A stretch of 64,000 nucleotides of DNA, taken from assembly GCA_036389335.1 (NCBI GenBank), contig DASVQC010000085.1:1408-65407 (forward strand), written 5' to 3'. Source of the stretch: Pyrinomonadaceae bacterium. GTDB taxonomy: Bacteria > Acidobacteriota > Blastocatellia > Pyrinomonadales > Pyrinomonadaceae. The notes under the pieces were generated by a model. That model searched no databases. It worked only from the letters and a program-made list of their open reading frames with translations, and was not told the origin of the DNA. Below are positions 15,509 through 24,349 of this stretch, in pieces. Within the stretch, counting starts at the first letter, position 1. Each line of letters begins with the position of its first letter. The position numbers and the translations under genes were made by a program.

Positions 15509-17227
15509 CTAGCGCGCCGGGCGCGCCGCCGCCCGTGATTCTTCGGCGTCCGCCAGCAAGCCGCTCAGCAACTGCTCGTTCGCCGGCGCGCGCGGCACGA
15601 GCAGGAAGCCCTCTTCGTTACCGACCGGGCTGCTCAATTCGAGGCGCGCGAAGAAGGCCGGGAAGTCGGCCCACGAGACGCGCTTGTCGTCGCCCTCCAC
15701 CCAGTTCAGCCCGGCGGGCGGGCGCGGCATCAGCACCTGCTTCGACACCCACACGTCGCCGCCGCCGCGCCAGACCGTCAACGCCTGCGCGGCGAAATCC
15801 TCCCGCCAGCGTTCGACCTGCGTGGTGCCGGGCGTGACCAGCGAGTTCACCAACAGATCGCCGCGCGCGTTGATCGGGTGGAACGGAAAACTCCGGTTGA
15901 AATTAACCAGCTCGTCCAGCCACGTCACCGTGAAGACCTTGCTCTGGGGCTTCAGGCGCGGCTCCAGCTCGGCGACGCGGGCGGCGACCGCCTCCTGCTG
16001 CCGGCCCAAAGCCACCTTCGACATGGCGAGCACGTTCGTCACGGCGGCGGCCACGACGAACGCCACCATGACGTAGCGCGCCGGTCGCCACAGCCGTTCG
16101 CCGCGCAGGGCGTAGGCGAACGCCAGAAAGAGGAAGGGGTAGAGCGGCAGGTATCGCTCGACCGCGCCGCCGTCGAACAGGACGGCGAAGCAGACGAGGG
16201 GCACGCCGCCCAAGGCCAGCAGGGCGAGGGCGCGACGCCCGCCCGCCGAGCGCAGCAGCGTCAGCGACAGCGCCAACAGGTACGAGTAGAACAGCGCGAG
16301 CTTCCACAGGCTGAGCCGGACGAGGGCCCATAGCGAGACGGGGTTGTAGGCGTCCTTAACCAAGAACCGCTTGAACAGCATCCCGTCGTTGCCCATGTTG
16401 ATGAACGAGCGGGCCAAGCCGAACACCATGCGCGTCAGCCCCTTCGTGTCGTTGCCGTGCGCGGCTGACGCCATCCACTCCCTGACGCCCGCGACCGTGT
16501 GGATGCCGAGGTGACCGAGCACGAGCAGGTACGCGACGCCGACGAGCGAAGCGCAGGCGACGGCGGCGGCTAAGACCTGCCGCCAGCGTCTGCGCTCGAA
16601 GCCGAAGAGCAGGAGCGGCGCGGCCAAGGCCGCCGGTAGTGCCCAGAGGTACAAAAACCAGAAACAGAGCGCGCAGCCCAACATCAATCCGCCCATGACG
16701 CTGGCGAGGTTGGAGCGCGCGGGCGCGTCGCCCCGCCTGACGTGCAGCCACATCCCGACCAGCAGGCAGGCCAGCCCCGGCACGTAAGAACTGCCGATCT
16801 GCGCGTTGTTGAGAAACCCCTGCGCGAAGATGAAAGCGCCGGTCACGAAATTATTGATCCCGGGGCGCTCGCCCGTGTTGGCGAGCAGGGCGCGCAGGGC
16901 CAGCACGCAGACGAGCCCGGCGATCCAGTTCAGCGCCACCAGCGTCCAGACGACGCCGACGCGGGTGTTCAACCCCAGACCGGCGGCGAGTGCGCCGCCG
17001 ACGGCCTCGAAGCCCAGCCAGCCGAAGGGCCGCCAGAACAGGTGGCCGAACTCCCAGAAGCTGTCGTACCTCCCGCCCATGCGGGCCACGATGGAGCGCG
17101 CGTAGTCGGCGGTGTCGCCCATGAAGAACGCGTCCGTGGCCGCGGTGACGAGCAGGTAGAGCGCCGTCACCGGCGCGAACCGGCGCAACCAAAGTCTGGG
17201 CGCTCCCGTCTGGATGGCTGGCTTCAT
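15509..17227 (-). CDS. Polytopic membrane protein with C-terminal soluble domain; GT-C-like glycosyltransferase candidate
   Basis: 572 aa. About 11 hydrophobic segments fill the first ~400 aa. There is an acidic first-loop motif (FFMGDTADYARS), then a ~170-aa hydrophilic C-terminal domain. No family is recognisable by eye. The GT-C assignment rests on topology and the first-loop acidic motif only. Confidence 0.5.
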   Translation of the reverse strand: MKPAIQTGAPRLWLRRFAPVTALYLLVTAATDAFFMGDTADYARSIVARMGGRYDSFWEFGHLFWRPFGWLGFEAVGGALAAGLGLNTRVGVVWTLVALNWIAGLVCVLALRALLANTGERPGINNFVTGAFIFAQGFLNNAQIGSSYVPGLACLLVGMWLHVRRGDAPARSNLASVMGGLMLGCALCFWFLYLWALPAALAAPLLLFGFERRRWRQVLAAAVACASLVGVAYLLVLGHLGIHTVAGVREWMASAAHGNDTKGLTRMVFGLARSFINMGNDGMLFKRFLVKDAYNPVSLWALVRLSLWKLALFYSYLLALSLTLLRSAGGRRALALLALGGVPLVCFAVLFDGGAVERYLPLYPFLFLAFAYALRGERLWRPARYVMVAFVVAAAVTNVLAMSKVALGRQQEAVAARVAELEPRLKPQSKVFTVTWLDELVNFNRSFPFHPINARGDLLVNSLVTPGTTQVERWREDFAAQALTVWRGGGDVWVSKQVLMPRPPAGLNWVEGDDKRVSWADFPAFFARLELSSPVGNEEGFLLVPRAPANEQLLSGLLADAEESRAAARPAR

Positions 17228-17249
17228 GTAGTTAGTCGGACTCGCAGTT

Positions 17250-18830
17250 CTATCTCGTCGTTAACACCGGCCCCGCGGCGGGGGCCGCGCCGATGCTTCC
17301 CGCCTCCGGGGCCCGCAGGCCCCTCGCGTGATCCACGCGGAAGATCATGCCGCCGCCCGCTTCGGCCACCAGCCGACAGTTCTCCTTCAGGAAGGCGACG
17401 TAGGCGTCGTTCAGGTTGTAGCACCAGAGGTAGTCGTGATTGTCGAAGATGAGTTGCCAGTTCACCCGGCCCACGTCGAGCGGGGTGGAGATGTTGAGGC
17501 CGAACGGGTAGTAAGTGAACGGGTATTTGAAATTCAACGGCTGTTGCCCGCGCAGGGCGAAGAGGGTCGGGGAGTAGGTCTGTCGCTCAATCGTCGCATA
17601 GTGGATGATGTGTGTTAGAGGCTTCTCCCTTTTGTTCGCCGCCACCTCGACCGGGAGCAGGATCAGGGGGTACACGCTCGCGCCCTCCGGGAGTTCGGAG
17701 AACAGAGAGACCTGCGTCGATATCCTGCGATCCAGCCTGTGCCAGTCATACCAGATGCCGCCCAGGCGAACCGACGCGGCCACCAGAACGATGGAGAGCG
17801 CCAGCATCCCGGCGCGCGCCGGGACGCGAAAGCGCACCGACATGAGCGCCAGCACGACCGCCGGGGGGATGAATCTGATGTCCGCCGAGTGCGACGTGAA
17901 GAGCATTTCGGGGGAGGCGATGAACGCCAGCCCGAAGCTGGCCGCGACGGCGCACACCGCCCACTTCACCCGCAGGTCGCGGACCCGCCCGGCGAGCACG
18001 AGCGCCGCGGCGAGCACGAGCGCCGCGCAGAGAATGTCGAGGGCGTAGTTATAAGTGACGGCCCACGAGACCGAATTGACGAGCTTCTGCGCGACGCCGT
18101 TCCAGCCGATCTCGCCCGTCGTCCCGCTCCCCCCCATGAATAATCTGAACGCCAAGAGCGGCAGGAGCAGGGGCGACAACTTGACGACCAGCCCGCGGAG
18201 AGACCTGTCGCCGGACCAAAAATCTAAACACGCGACGACGGACATGGCGACCCCGAGGAAGACGTAGGCGGAGAGGTGCGCCAGATAGCACGCGCAGGCC
18301 AACAGGCAAACGCCGAGGAAGGGCGCGGCGCGCCACTTTTGCCGACGCCCGAGCCAGAGCGAGAAAGTTACCAGAAAGAGGCCGAGCCCGAAGAGGTAAT
18401 TCAGGAACCCGTAAAAGAGCATGGAATTATAGCTCAGGAACGAGCACGGGAGTGCGAGCCAACTCGGCCCGCCGTGAACGGCGCGCCCGAGCAGGTGGCA
18501 GCCGAACGCCCAGAGCAGGATCGTCGCCGTCAAAAATATTTTACCCGCCGTGAACACGTCGAAAAACTTTAACAGCGGCAGCATGGCCGCATCCATCGCC
18601 AGATTCGGGATGGGCTCGACCAGCCGGTCGTAGCGGGCTTGGAAGGACGGCACGGCCCCGTAGCGTGAAAGGATGTAAGTGCGCGCGAGGTGGTTCGGGT
18701 AGTCGACGAGCGGGACGTATCGCGTGCCCCAGATCGGCAAACAGAGCAGGAGGCAGACCGCCGCGAATGCCAGTCGGTAGCCTCTGAGGTGTCCGGCCTG
18801 TCGAGACTCTATCGCCGTGTCGATTAACAT
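17250..18830 (-). CDS. Polytopic membrane protein with C-terminal soluble domain; GT-C-like candidate
   Basis: 526 aa. It has many TM segments and a first loop YVPLVDYPNHLARTY. The C-terminal ~150 aa are hydrophilic (..YSPTLFALRGQQPLNFKYPFTYYPFG..). It lies 40 nt downstream of the GT2 fragment at 18871-19206. Confidence 0.5.
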   Translation of the reverse strand: MLIDTAIESRQAGHLRGYRLAFAAVCLLLCLPIWGTRYVPLVDYPNHLARTYILSRYGAVPSFQARYDRLVEPIPNLAMDAAMLPLLKFFDVFTAGKIFLTATILLWAFGCHLLGRAVHGGPSWLALPCSFLSYNSMLFYGFLNYLFGLGLFLVTFSLWLGRRQKWRAAPFLGVCLLACACYLAHLSAYVFLGVAMSVVACLDFWSGDRSLRGLVVKLSPLLLPLLAFRLFMGGSGTTGEIGWNGVAQKLVNSVSWAVTYNYALDILCAALVLAAALVLAGRVRDLRVKWAVCAVAASFGLAFIASPEMLFTSHSADIRFIPPAVVLALMSVRFRVPARAGMLALSIVLVAASVRLGGIWYDWHRLDRRISTQVSLFSELPEGASVYPLILLPVEVAANKREKPLTHIIHYATIERQTYSPTLFALRGQQPLNFKYPFTYYPFGLNISTPLDVGRVNWQLIFDNHDYLWCYNLNDAYVAFLKENCRLVAEAGGGMIFRVDHARGLRAPEAGSIGAAPAAGPVLTTR

Positions 18831-18870
18831 CGAGTCCTCAGGCCGGCGCGACGGCGGCGGCCATCGCGCC

Positions 18871-19206
18871 TCACGACGGCAGGCCGAGGGCGTGCGCGTA
18901 GAGGCCGGCGTCGGAGAAGAGGGCGACGGGGGCGCGCGCGGCGAGCAGCCCCGTCCGCACGGCGCGGCCCTCGCCCCGGTCGGGTCGGTTGCGAATCAAA
19001 GACGCCCCGGCCCGCCCGGCGTCGCGGATGGCGCGCTCGGCCCGCTCGCACGCCCCGTCGGCGGGGCCGTCGTCATCGAGGATGACTTCGCCATCCAACC
19101 CGCTCCCTTCGAGGTAGGCGAAGACTGTCGGCAGCGTCCGGCCAAGGCGGGCCGACTCGTTGTAGGCAGGTATGAAGATGGAAAGCTCAGGTGGCATCAG
19201 GTTCAT
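18871..19206 (-). pseudogene. Truncated, decayed paralog of the GT2 polyprenyl-phosphate glycosyltransferase at 24350-25159
   Basis: The 111-aa ORF aligns by eye to residues ~5-100 of the 269-aa GT2. Compare SIFIPAYNESARL..EVILDDDGPADG..LIRNRPDRGEGRAVRTGLLAARAPVALFSDAGL with SIIVPAYNEAARL..EVIVVDDGSADE..LIRNHPNRGKGHAVRTGLLAARAPIALFTDADL. The fragment stops right after the DxD position (DAD changed to DAG), has NRGKG changed to DRGEG, and lacks the C-terminal ~160 aa. Confidence 0.65.
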
Positions 19207-19382
19207 TCCGCGCTTCGTGTTCGTCCGCCGGTCGGCCCGCCACCCCGTCTGCGGGCCAAGGCGCTCCCGGAAGAAACGTCTAATGGCCCGATAATTTTTC
19301 CGTTAAGTCGTCCGCCCCGCCCGCGCGCCCGGCCCGCCGCGCCCCGACCGGCGCTCGCCCGCCGACGTTTCGGCTGGCCGCT

Positions 19383-20897
19383 TCATTTGGGCAGGTAGAT
19401 TTTATACGGGCCGAGTTCCCTGTTCAGAGAATAACGCTGCTGCACCGCGCGGGCGACCGGCTGCGTGAAGCGGTCGCGGTCGTCGAGAGAACGAGCGATT
19501 ATTGCTTGGAACTGGCCCTCTTCGATGCGGCGGACGAAACTGCTCTCGTCCCACCTGTTGTTGAGCGCCAGCGCGGTGATGATAGCAGGCTCGGCGGGTA
19601 TCTCCTTGCCGGCACGCATCAAGATCGTCATGTCCTCCGAGTACACCGGGCCGGGTGTTTCCCTGACGAGGCGGACGACGTCGGCGGAATAATCATAAGC
19701 GGGGCGGAAGAATTTTATCGAGCCTTGGTAGAGGTTCGTAAAATTGCTTACCGAGTGAAGGAGGAATAAAGGGATGACGAGGGACGTGAGTAAGGCGTGT
19801 GCGCCACGGGGCCGGAACGACGCGCGGCGGATAAGCCACCCGAGGAATAGGCCGGAGAGGAGGCAGGCGGCGATATCCACTTCAAAGAAGTAGTTGAAGT
19901 TCGCCCCCTTCTTGCCTATCGTCACAGTCACTACGGCAACCGCGAGCCAGAAATAGATCGCCCCCGCAACCGCGCATCGCTCGAACGCGCTTCGGCACAG
20001 GGCGAGCCGGATGCGTTTTAATAACGCCGACGCGCCCCCCGCCCGGCGCGCGAACAACGCGACCGGGAACATGACGGCGATCACGACGAGCAGGGCGGGA
20101 AGTTTTGAGAGATGATCTATCCACCTGCTGAAGACGTGGCGCAGGAGGAACGGGTTCTGGTTGTAGCCGACGACGTGGCGCAGGAACATGCCGCCCGTGA
20201 GCGTCTGTAGCACGAGCAGGGTCAACAACCCGGCGGCGACCGTGAAGGCCACCAAGTAGAGCGCGCGCCGCGGCTTCTCGACGAAGGCGAGCAGGAAGCA
20301 CGCGGCGGGCGCGGCGACCATCGTCTGTTTAGTGTAGACCGCGGCCACGAAGCAGACGCACGACAGGAACGCCAGCGCCGGACGCCGCCTCGCCGCGACG
20401 AACAGGGCGACGCCCGTGATGCTTAAAAAAACCCCCAGCGTGTCGACGCGCATCGTGTACGCCCACGTCCAGACCGGCGTCGTGAAGATGAGCGTCCCGG
20501 CGCTGAAGGCCCCGAGCCAGCGGGCGGCGGGGCGGCGCGCCGGGGGCAGGCACGCCGCCGCAAGCGACGCCATGACGAGGCAACTGCCGAGGAGAGAGAG
20601 GATCGACGTGAGACGCCCGGCCACGAGCAGGTTCCCCGTCGCAGGGGCGACGAGCCGCGCGGTCAAGTGGTAGAGCGGGGGGTAGTGGAAAACGATGTGC
20701 GGGTAGTTCTCCACGGGGTGAAAGGCTTTGCGCCAGTCCGTCACGTTGGCGGCTTGCCAGAGCACGATGCCCTCGCCGTAATCGCGCTCCTCCTGCGTCT
20801 TGAGGGCCGCGCCCGCCTCCAACGCGAACGCGCCCAGCCCGGCGGCCAGAAAAAGCGCGAGCGCGGCGAGCGGGATCGCCCGCGCCCGCTTAAGCAT
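19383..20897 (-). CDS. GT-C family (PMT_2/ArnT-like) membrane glycosyltransferase candidate
   Basis: 504 aa with about 11-12 TM segments. The first loop contains ERDYGEGIVLW and FHYPPLYHL, which resembles the hPPL motif of ArnT/PMT-type enzymes. The start ATG overlaps the stop of the upstream methyltransferase (ATGCTTAA). Confidence 0.6.
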   Translation of the reverse strand: MLKRARAIPLAALALFLAAGLGAFALEAGAALKTQEERDYGEGIVLWQAANVTDWRKAFHPVENYPHIVFHYPPLYHLTARLVAPATGNLLVAGRLTSILSLLGSCLVMASLAAACLPPARRPAARWLGAFSAGTLIFTTPVWTWAYTMRVDTLGVFLSITGVALFVAARRRPALAFLSCVCFVAAVYTKQTMVAAPAACFLLAFVEKPRRALYLVAFTVAAGLLTLLVLQTLTGGMFLRHVVGYNQNPFLLRHVFSRWIDHLSKLPALLVVIAVMFPVALFARRAGGASALLKRIRLALCRSAFERCAVAGAIYFWLAVAVVTVTIGKKGANFNYFFEVDIAACLLSGLFLGWLIRRASFRPRGAHALLTSLVIPLFLLHSVSNFTNLYQGSIKFFRPAYDYSADVVRLVRETPGPVYSEDMTILMRAGKEIPAEPAIITALALNNRWDESSFVRRIEEGQFQAIIARSLDDRDRFTQPVARAVQQRYSLNRELGPYKIYLPK

Positions 20898-21549
20898 GGG
20901 CCACCCCGGCGAGCGGGCGCGGGCGCGCGCGCAGGAGCATCTGCTTGCCCATCGGCTTGACGGGCGACATCAGGTACAGCCGGATGAGGGACGGCGAGAC
21001 CTTGAGTCTCGACTTCAGCGTGAGCGGCACGAAGCGGGGGGCGCAGTCGATCACCTCGTAGGAGTTCGCTTCGAGGAAGTCGCGGAGGCTCAGGTGCGAG
21101 TAGATGGTGCGGTGCGTGTAGTCGTCGAAGTACTCGCGGAAGGCGTAGCGGTAGTTCGGCTGGAGGATGTTGATCGTGCCGCCGCGGCGCAGCTTGCGCC
21201 TGAGCTGCGCGAGGACGGCGGCGAAGTCCTCCTGCGAGACGTGCTCGAAGAGGTTGCTGGCGAACGCGAAATCGACCGAGTCGTCGGCGAGGAACGACAG
21301 GTCGCTCACGTCGCCCACGTGCGGCTCGACCCCGGCGGCGACGTACTTCGGGAAGTCGGGCCACTGATCCTGCGCGATGCGCCGCGCCGCGCGGACGTTG
21401 TTGATGAAGTGGCCGTAGCCGGCCCCGAGTTCGAGGACGCAGTGCTCGGGGGCGATCTGCGCCTGGAAGTGGTAGCGGATGAGCGACTGCCACAGCACCT
21501 CCCGGCGGGGGTCGGCGGTGAAGCGGGTCTCGAAGTAGGTGTCGCTCAA
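20890..21549 (-). CDS. Class I SAM-dependent methyltransferase (non-ATG start)
   Basis: Only the C-terminal ~219 aa of the 547-aa track ORF look like real protein: SDTYFETRFTADPRREVLWQSLIRYHF..CVLELGAGYGHFIN..DFAFASNLFEHV..LRRGGTINILQPNY. There is no in-frame ATG. A TTG at 21549-21547 overlaps the upstream stop (TTGA), so I propose a TTG start. Confidence 0.65.
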   Translation of the reverse strand: MSDTYFETRFTADPRREVLWQSLIRYHFQAQIAPEHCVLELGAGYGHFINNVRAARRIAQDQWPDFPKYVAAGVEPHVGDVSDLSFLADDSVDFAFASNLFEHVSQEDFAAVLAQLRRKLRRGGTINILQPNYRYAFREYFDDYTHRTIYSHLSLRDFLEANSYEVIDCAPRFVPLTLKSRLKVSPSLIRLYLMSPVKPMGKQMLLRARPRPLAGVAHA

Positions 21550-22592
21550 CGCGCCCCCCTCGCCCAGCCGAAGAGGATGCCGCGCATCATGCGCAGGCCC
21601 ACCGAGAGCGCGCGCAGCGTGTTCACGTTCCCGCCCTTGCTGACGCCGACGCGCGGGTGGAACGTCACCGGGCACTCGACGGTGAGCAGGCCGAGGCGCA
21701 GCGCCGTGTCGAGGAAGTGTGCGTTGAACTCCAGGTTGACGCCGGGGTTCAGGTGCGGCATCAGGCGTTGCAGGGCGTCGCGGCGCAGCACCTTGTAGGT
21801 CGTGCCGACGTCGGTGAACGTGCCGCGCCCGAGGTGCTTCACTTCGAGGAGCTTCCCGACGAAGAAGTTGCCGTAGTACATGAAAGTGTTGAGCTGCGTC
21901 TCGTAGGCGCGCAACTGCTCGACGATGCGCGTCCCGTTCACGATCTCGGCGTGCGGGAGGTAGGCCATGAACTTCTCGATGTCGCGCGCGCGGAACGTGC
22001 AGTCGCCTTCGCACAGGACGACGACGCTCGCGTCCTCGCACCGCAGGGCCTCCTCGTAGCAGCGGTAGACGCACCGACCGTAGCCGGGCTGCGTCTCGTT
22101 GTAGACGAGCGCCCCGGCCTCGGCGGCGCGCTCCATCGTCCGATCCGAGCTGTTGTTGCTGACCACGATGACGCGCTCGACCAGCGGGTGCCGGCGGAAG
22201 TCTTCGACGGCGGCCCCGATGCTGCTCTCGTCGTTGTAGGCCGTCAGCACGACCGTCACCCGATCCCTCTGTAGCTCGCCCGCCTCGTCGCCCTCCACCC
22301 AGCGCGGGACGCGCCGCTTCCGGCGGAGCATGAAGACGAGGTCGAACGCGCAGAGCAGCACGCCGAGCGTGGTCGGGATTCCGCTGTACCAGATGATCTG
22401 CTGGTTCCACTCGTAGACCGCCGGCCCGAGCGGCAGGCAGAGCCGCAGGATCGACAACAGAATCCCGAGCAGGTAGACGGCGAAGCCGACGGCGGCGAAC
22501 ATGATGCCCCACAGGAGGAACGGGGCGTGCCATTCCCGTCCGAGCACCGCCGCGGGGCGGGGGGGGTGGGTGGAAACTTCGGTGGAACTCAT
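21546..22592 (-). CDS. GT2 family glycosyltransferase with two N-terminal TM helices
   Basis: This is the real part of the 686-aa track ORF and starts at MSSTEVSTHPP (ATG 22592-22590). It has TM helices (FLLWGIMFAAVGFAVYLLGILL; IPTTLGVLLCAFDLVFML) and then a GT-A fold: VTVVLTAYNDESSIGAAVEDF..VIVVSNNSSDRT..VLCEGDCTF (DxD-like). Confidence 0.8.
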   Translation of the reverse strand: MSSTEVSTHPPRPAAVLGREWHAPFLLWGIMFAAVGFAVYLLGILLSILRLCLPLGPAVYEWNQQIIWYSGIPTTLGVLLCAFDLVFMLRRKRRVPRWVEGDEAGELQRDRVTVVLTAYNDESSIGAAVEDFRRHPLVERVIVVSNNSSDRTMERAAEAGALVYNETQPGYGRCVYRCYEEALRCEDASVVVLCEGDCTFRARDIEKFMAYLPHAEIVNGTRIVEQLRAYETQLNTFMYYGNFFVGKLLEVKHLGRGTFTDVGTTYKVLRRDALQRLMPHLNPGVNLEFNAHFLDTALRLGLLTVECPVTFHPRVGVSKGGNVNTLRALSVGLRMMRGILFGWARGAR

Positions 22593-22780
22593 CGGTGACC
22601 TCGGCAACGTCTCACCCACCGCGCGGGCGCGTCCGGGGAAGGCTGGTGGAAGTTGAAGCGGGCGGCTCTTACGGGTTTCGACGACTCCCCCGCCCCCGGC
22701 CCGATTGTAGGGCGACCGCGCGCGCCCGTGAAAGCGCGGGCGGGGGCGCGGGCCGGGATTCCGACGGGCGGCGCGCGCCG

Positions 22781-24337
22781 CTACCGGCGTTGGTAGACCT
22801 TCCAGTAGGGCGCGGCCTCGTAGACCAACCGGTACTCGCCGCTCAGGCGCGTCTGCGCGTACCGATAGACCTCGGGCTGTTTGGTCTGGAACAGTCGCAT
22901 CATGTCTTCGTAACGACTGCCCATCACGATGAAGTCCGGGCTCTTGCCGCTGTAGTAGCCGAGCCAGACGTCGTCTATCAGGCGGTCGAAGCCTATCTCG
23001 AAGCCGAGTTCCGCGCTCCCCATTGTAAGCGCATTCGGGGTCAAATGCTGCTTGAGGTAAGTGGTCACGGGCAAGTACCGCGAGCGGTAGTAGTTCTGCT
23101 TGATTAAGTAGGCCACGCCGCCCGCCTGAAGCGTGACGAACCCGGCGAGGCAGACGGCCAGCAGCCAGCGGGGCGCGAACCCGCTCCGCCAACACCAGAC
23201 GACCCACACGGCGAGCAGCGCGGCGAGCAGCGGGATCATGTTGATCAGGTAAACGTCCGACTTGTGGCCTTCGAGCAACGACAGGAGCACGAAGAAGATG
23301 CCGGTCAGGATCAGCAGCACCCTGTAGCCGCCGTGCCGGCGCAGGGCGCTCACGCCGCACACCCCGAGCACTCCGCAGACGTACGCCGCGAGCACCAAGA
23401 GTTTGAGCCGGGCCGGGCCGACCGAGTGGGCGGCCAGGCCGAAGGAGCCGAGGTAGCGCTGCGTGATTTCGAGTTTGATGCCCGTCCACGGCGCGGTCAG
23501 CCCGACCCAGCGGTTGGCCCCCGTCATCGCCGAGAACCCGCCGACGTTGCCCGAGAGCTGCGCGCGGAAGCCGGGCGGGTCGCGCAGGATGTACGCGCCC
23601 CAACACAACGCGCCGACGACGTAAGGCGCGGCGGCCACGCCGACGTGTTGCCAGCGCAGGCGCGCGCGGTCGAAATAGAGCGTCAGGAAGAGCAGGCCGG
23701 CGAACGGCAGCAGCCCGTTCGGGTGCGTCAACCCGCTCGCCACCACCAGCGTCTGAGTGGCGAGCACGGCGCGCGTGAGGTGGCCCTCACGCCAGTTGAG
23801 GTAGCAGGCCAGCCCGGCGAAGCCGAGCGCCGCGCTCATCATGTCCATCCGCCCCGTCGAGGCGTTCATGATGAAAATGTAATCGATGGCGATGAACGCG
23901 AAGGAGACGAGGGCGACCGCCCGGTCGTCGGCCAGCCTCTTCATGATGAAAAACCAAGAGGCGAGCGCGACCAGTCCCCAGAAGGCGGACAGCGCGCGCA
24001 TCACGAAAAAACTGAAGCCGAAAATCTTGAACCAGCCCGCCAGCGCGACTAGGTACAGCGGCATCACCCAGTAGGTGTGCTGCTCGATGCCCTTCAGCCA
24101 CGTGCCGCCCTCCAGCACGGTGGTGCCCATAAAGCCCCTCGTGGCTAAATTCAGGGCGGGGCTCGCGAAATGCCCCTCGTCGTGCCACGGGCTCTTGCTC
24201 ATCGAGCTGCCCAGAGACAGGGCCAAATACACGAGCACCACGATGACGATAAAGGCGCTGGTCAGCTTGGCCTTCCGCCCCCCCGGCGAAGTCCGACTCG
24301 ACCCCTTGCGCCCCGCCAATGTGTTTATGCTCCCCAA
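22781..24337 (-). CDS. GT39/ArnT-like GT-C membrane glycosyltransferase
   Basis: 518 aa. The first periplasmic loop SPWHDEGHFASPALNLA resembles the D-E-x-x-(Y/F)-A motif of ArnT/PMT_2 enzymes. There are about 11 TM segments. It lies directly downstream (12 nt) of the GT2 polyprenyl-P-sugar synthase-like gene, an ArnC/ArnT-like pairing. Confidence 0.72.
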   Translation of the reverse strand: MGSINTLAGRKGSSRTSPGGRKAKLTSAFIVIVVLVYLALSLGSSMSKSPWHDEGHFASPALNLATRGFMGTTVLEGGTWLKGIEQHTYWVMPLYLVALAGWFKIFGFSFFVMRALSAFWGLVALASWFFIMKRLADDRAVALVSFAFIAIDYIFIMNASTGRMDMMSAALGFAGLACYLNWREGHLTRAVLATQTLVVASGLTHPNGLLPFAGLLFLTLYFDRARLRWQHVGVAAAPYVVGALCWGAYILRDPPGFRAQLSGNVGGFSAMTGANRWVGLTAPWTGIKLEITQRYLGSFGLAAHSVGPARLKLLVLAAYVCGVLGVCGVSALRRHGGYRVLLILTGIFFVLLSLLEGHKSDVYLINMIPLLAALLAVWVVWCWRSGFAPRWLLAVCLAGFVTLQAGGVAYLIKQNYYRSRYLPVTTYLKQHLTPNALTMGSAELGFEIGFDRLIDDVWLGYYSGKSPDFIVMGSRYEDMMRLFQTKQPEVYRYAQTRLSGEYRLVYEAAPYWKVYQRR

Positions 24338-24349
24338 ACGAGTGAAAGG

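Noticed and set aside
21546-23606. The N-terminal 338 aa of the 686-aa minus-strand ORF, and likewise the N-terminal ~328 aa of the 547-aa ORF at 20890-22533.
   Set aside because: These are Arg/Pro/Ala-rich read-through in a frame that overlaps the genuine GT2 or GT39 coding frame. The motif-bearing proteins begin at 22592 (ATG) and 21549 (TTG).
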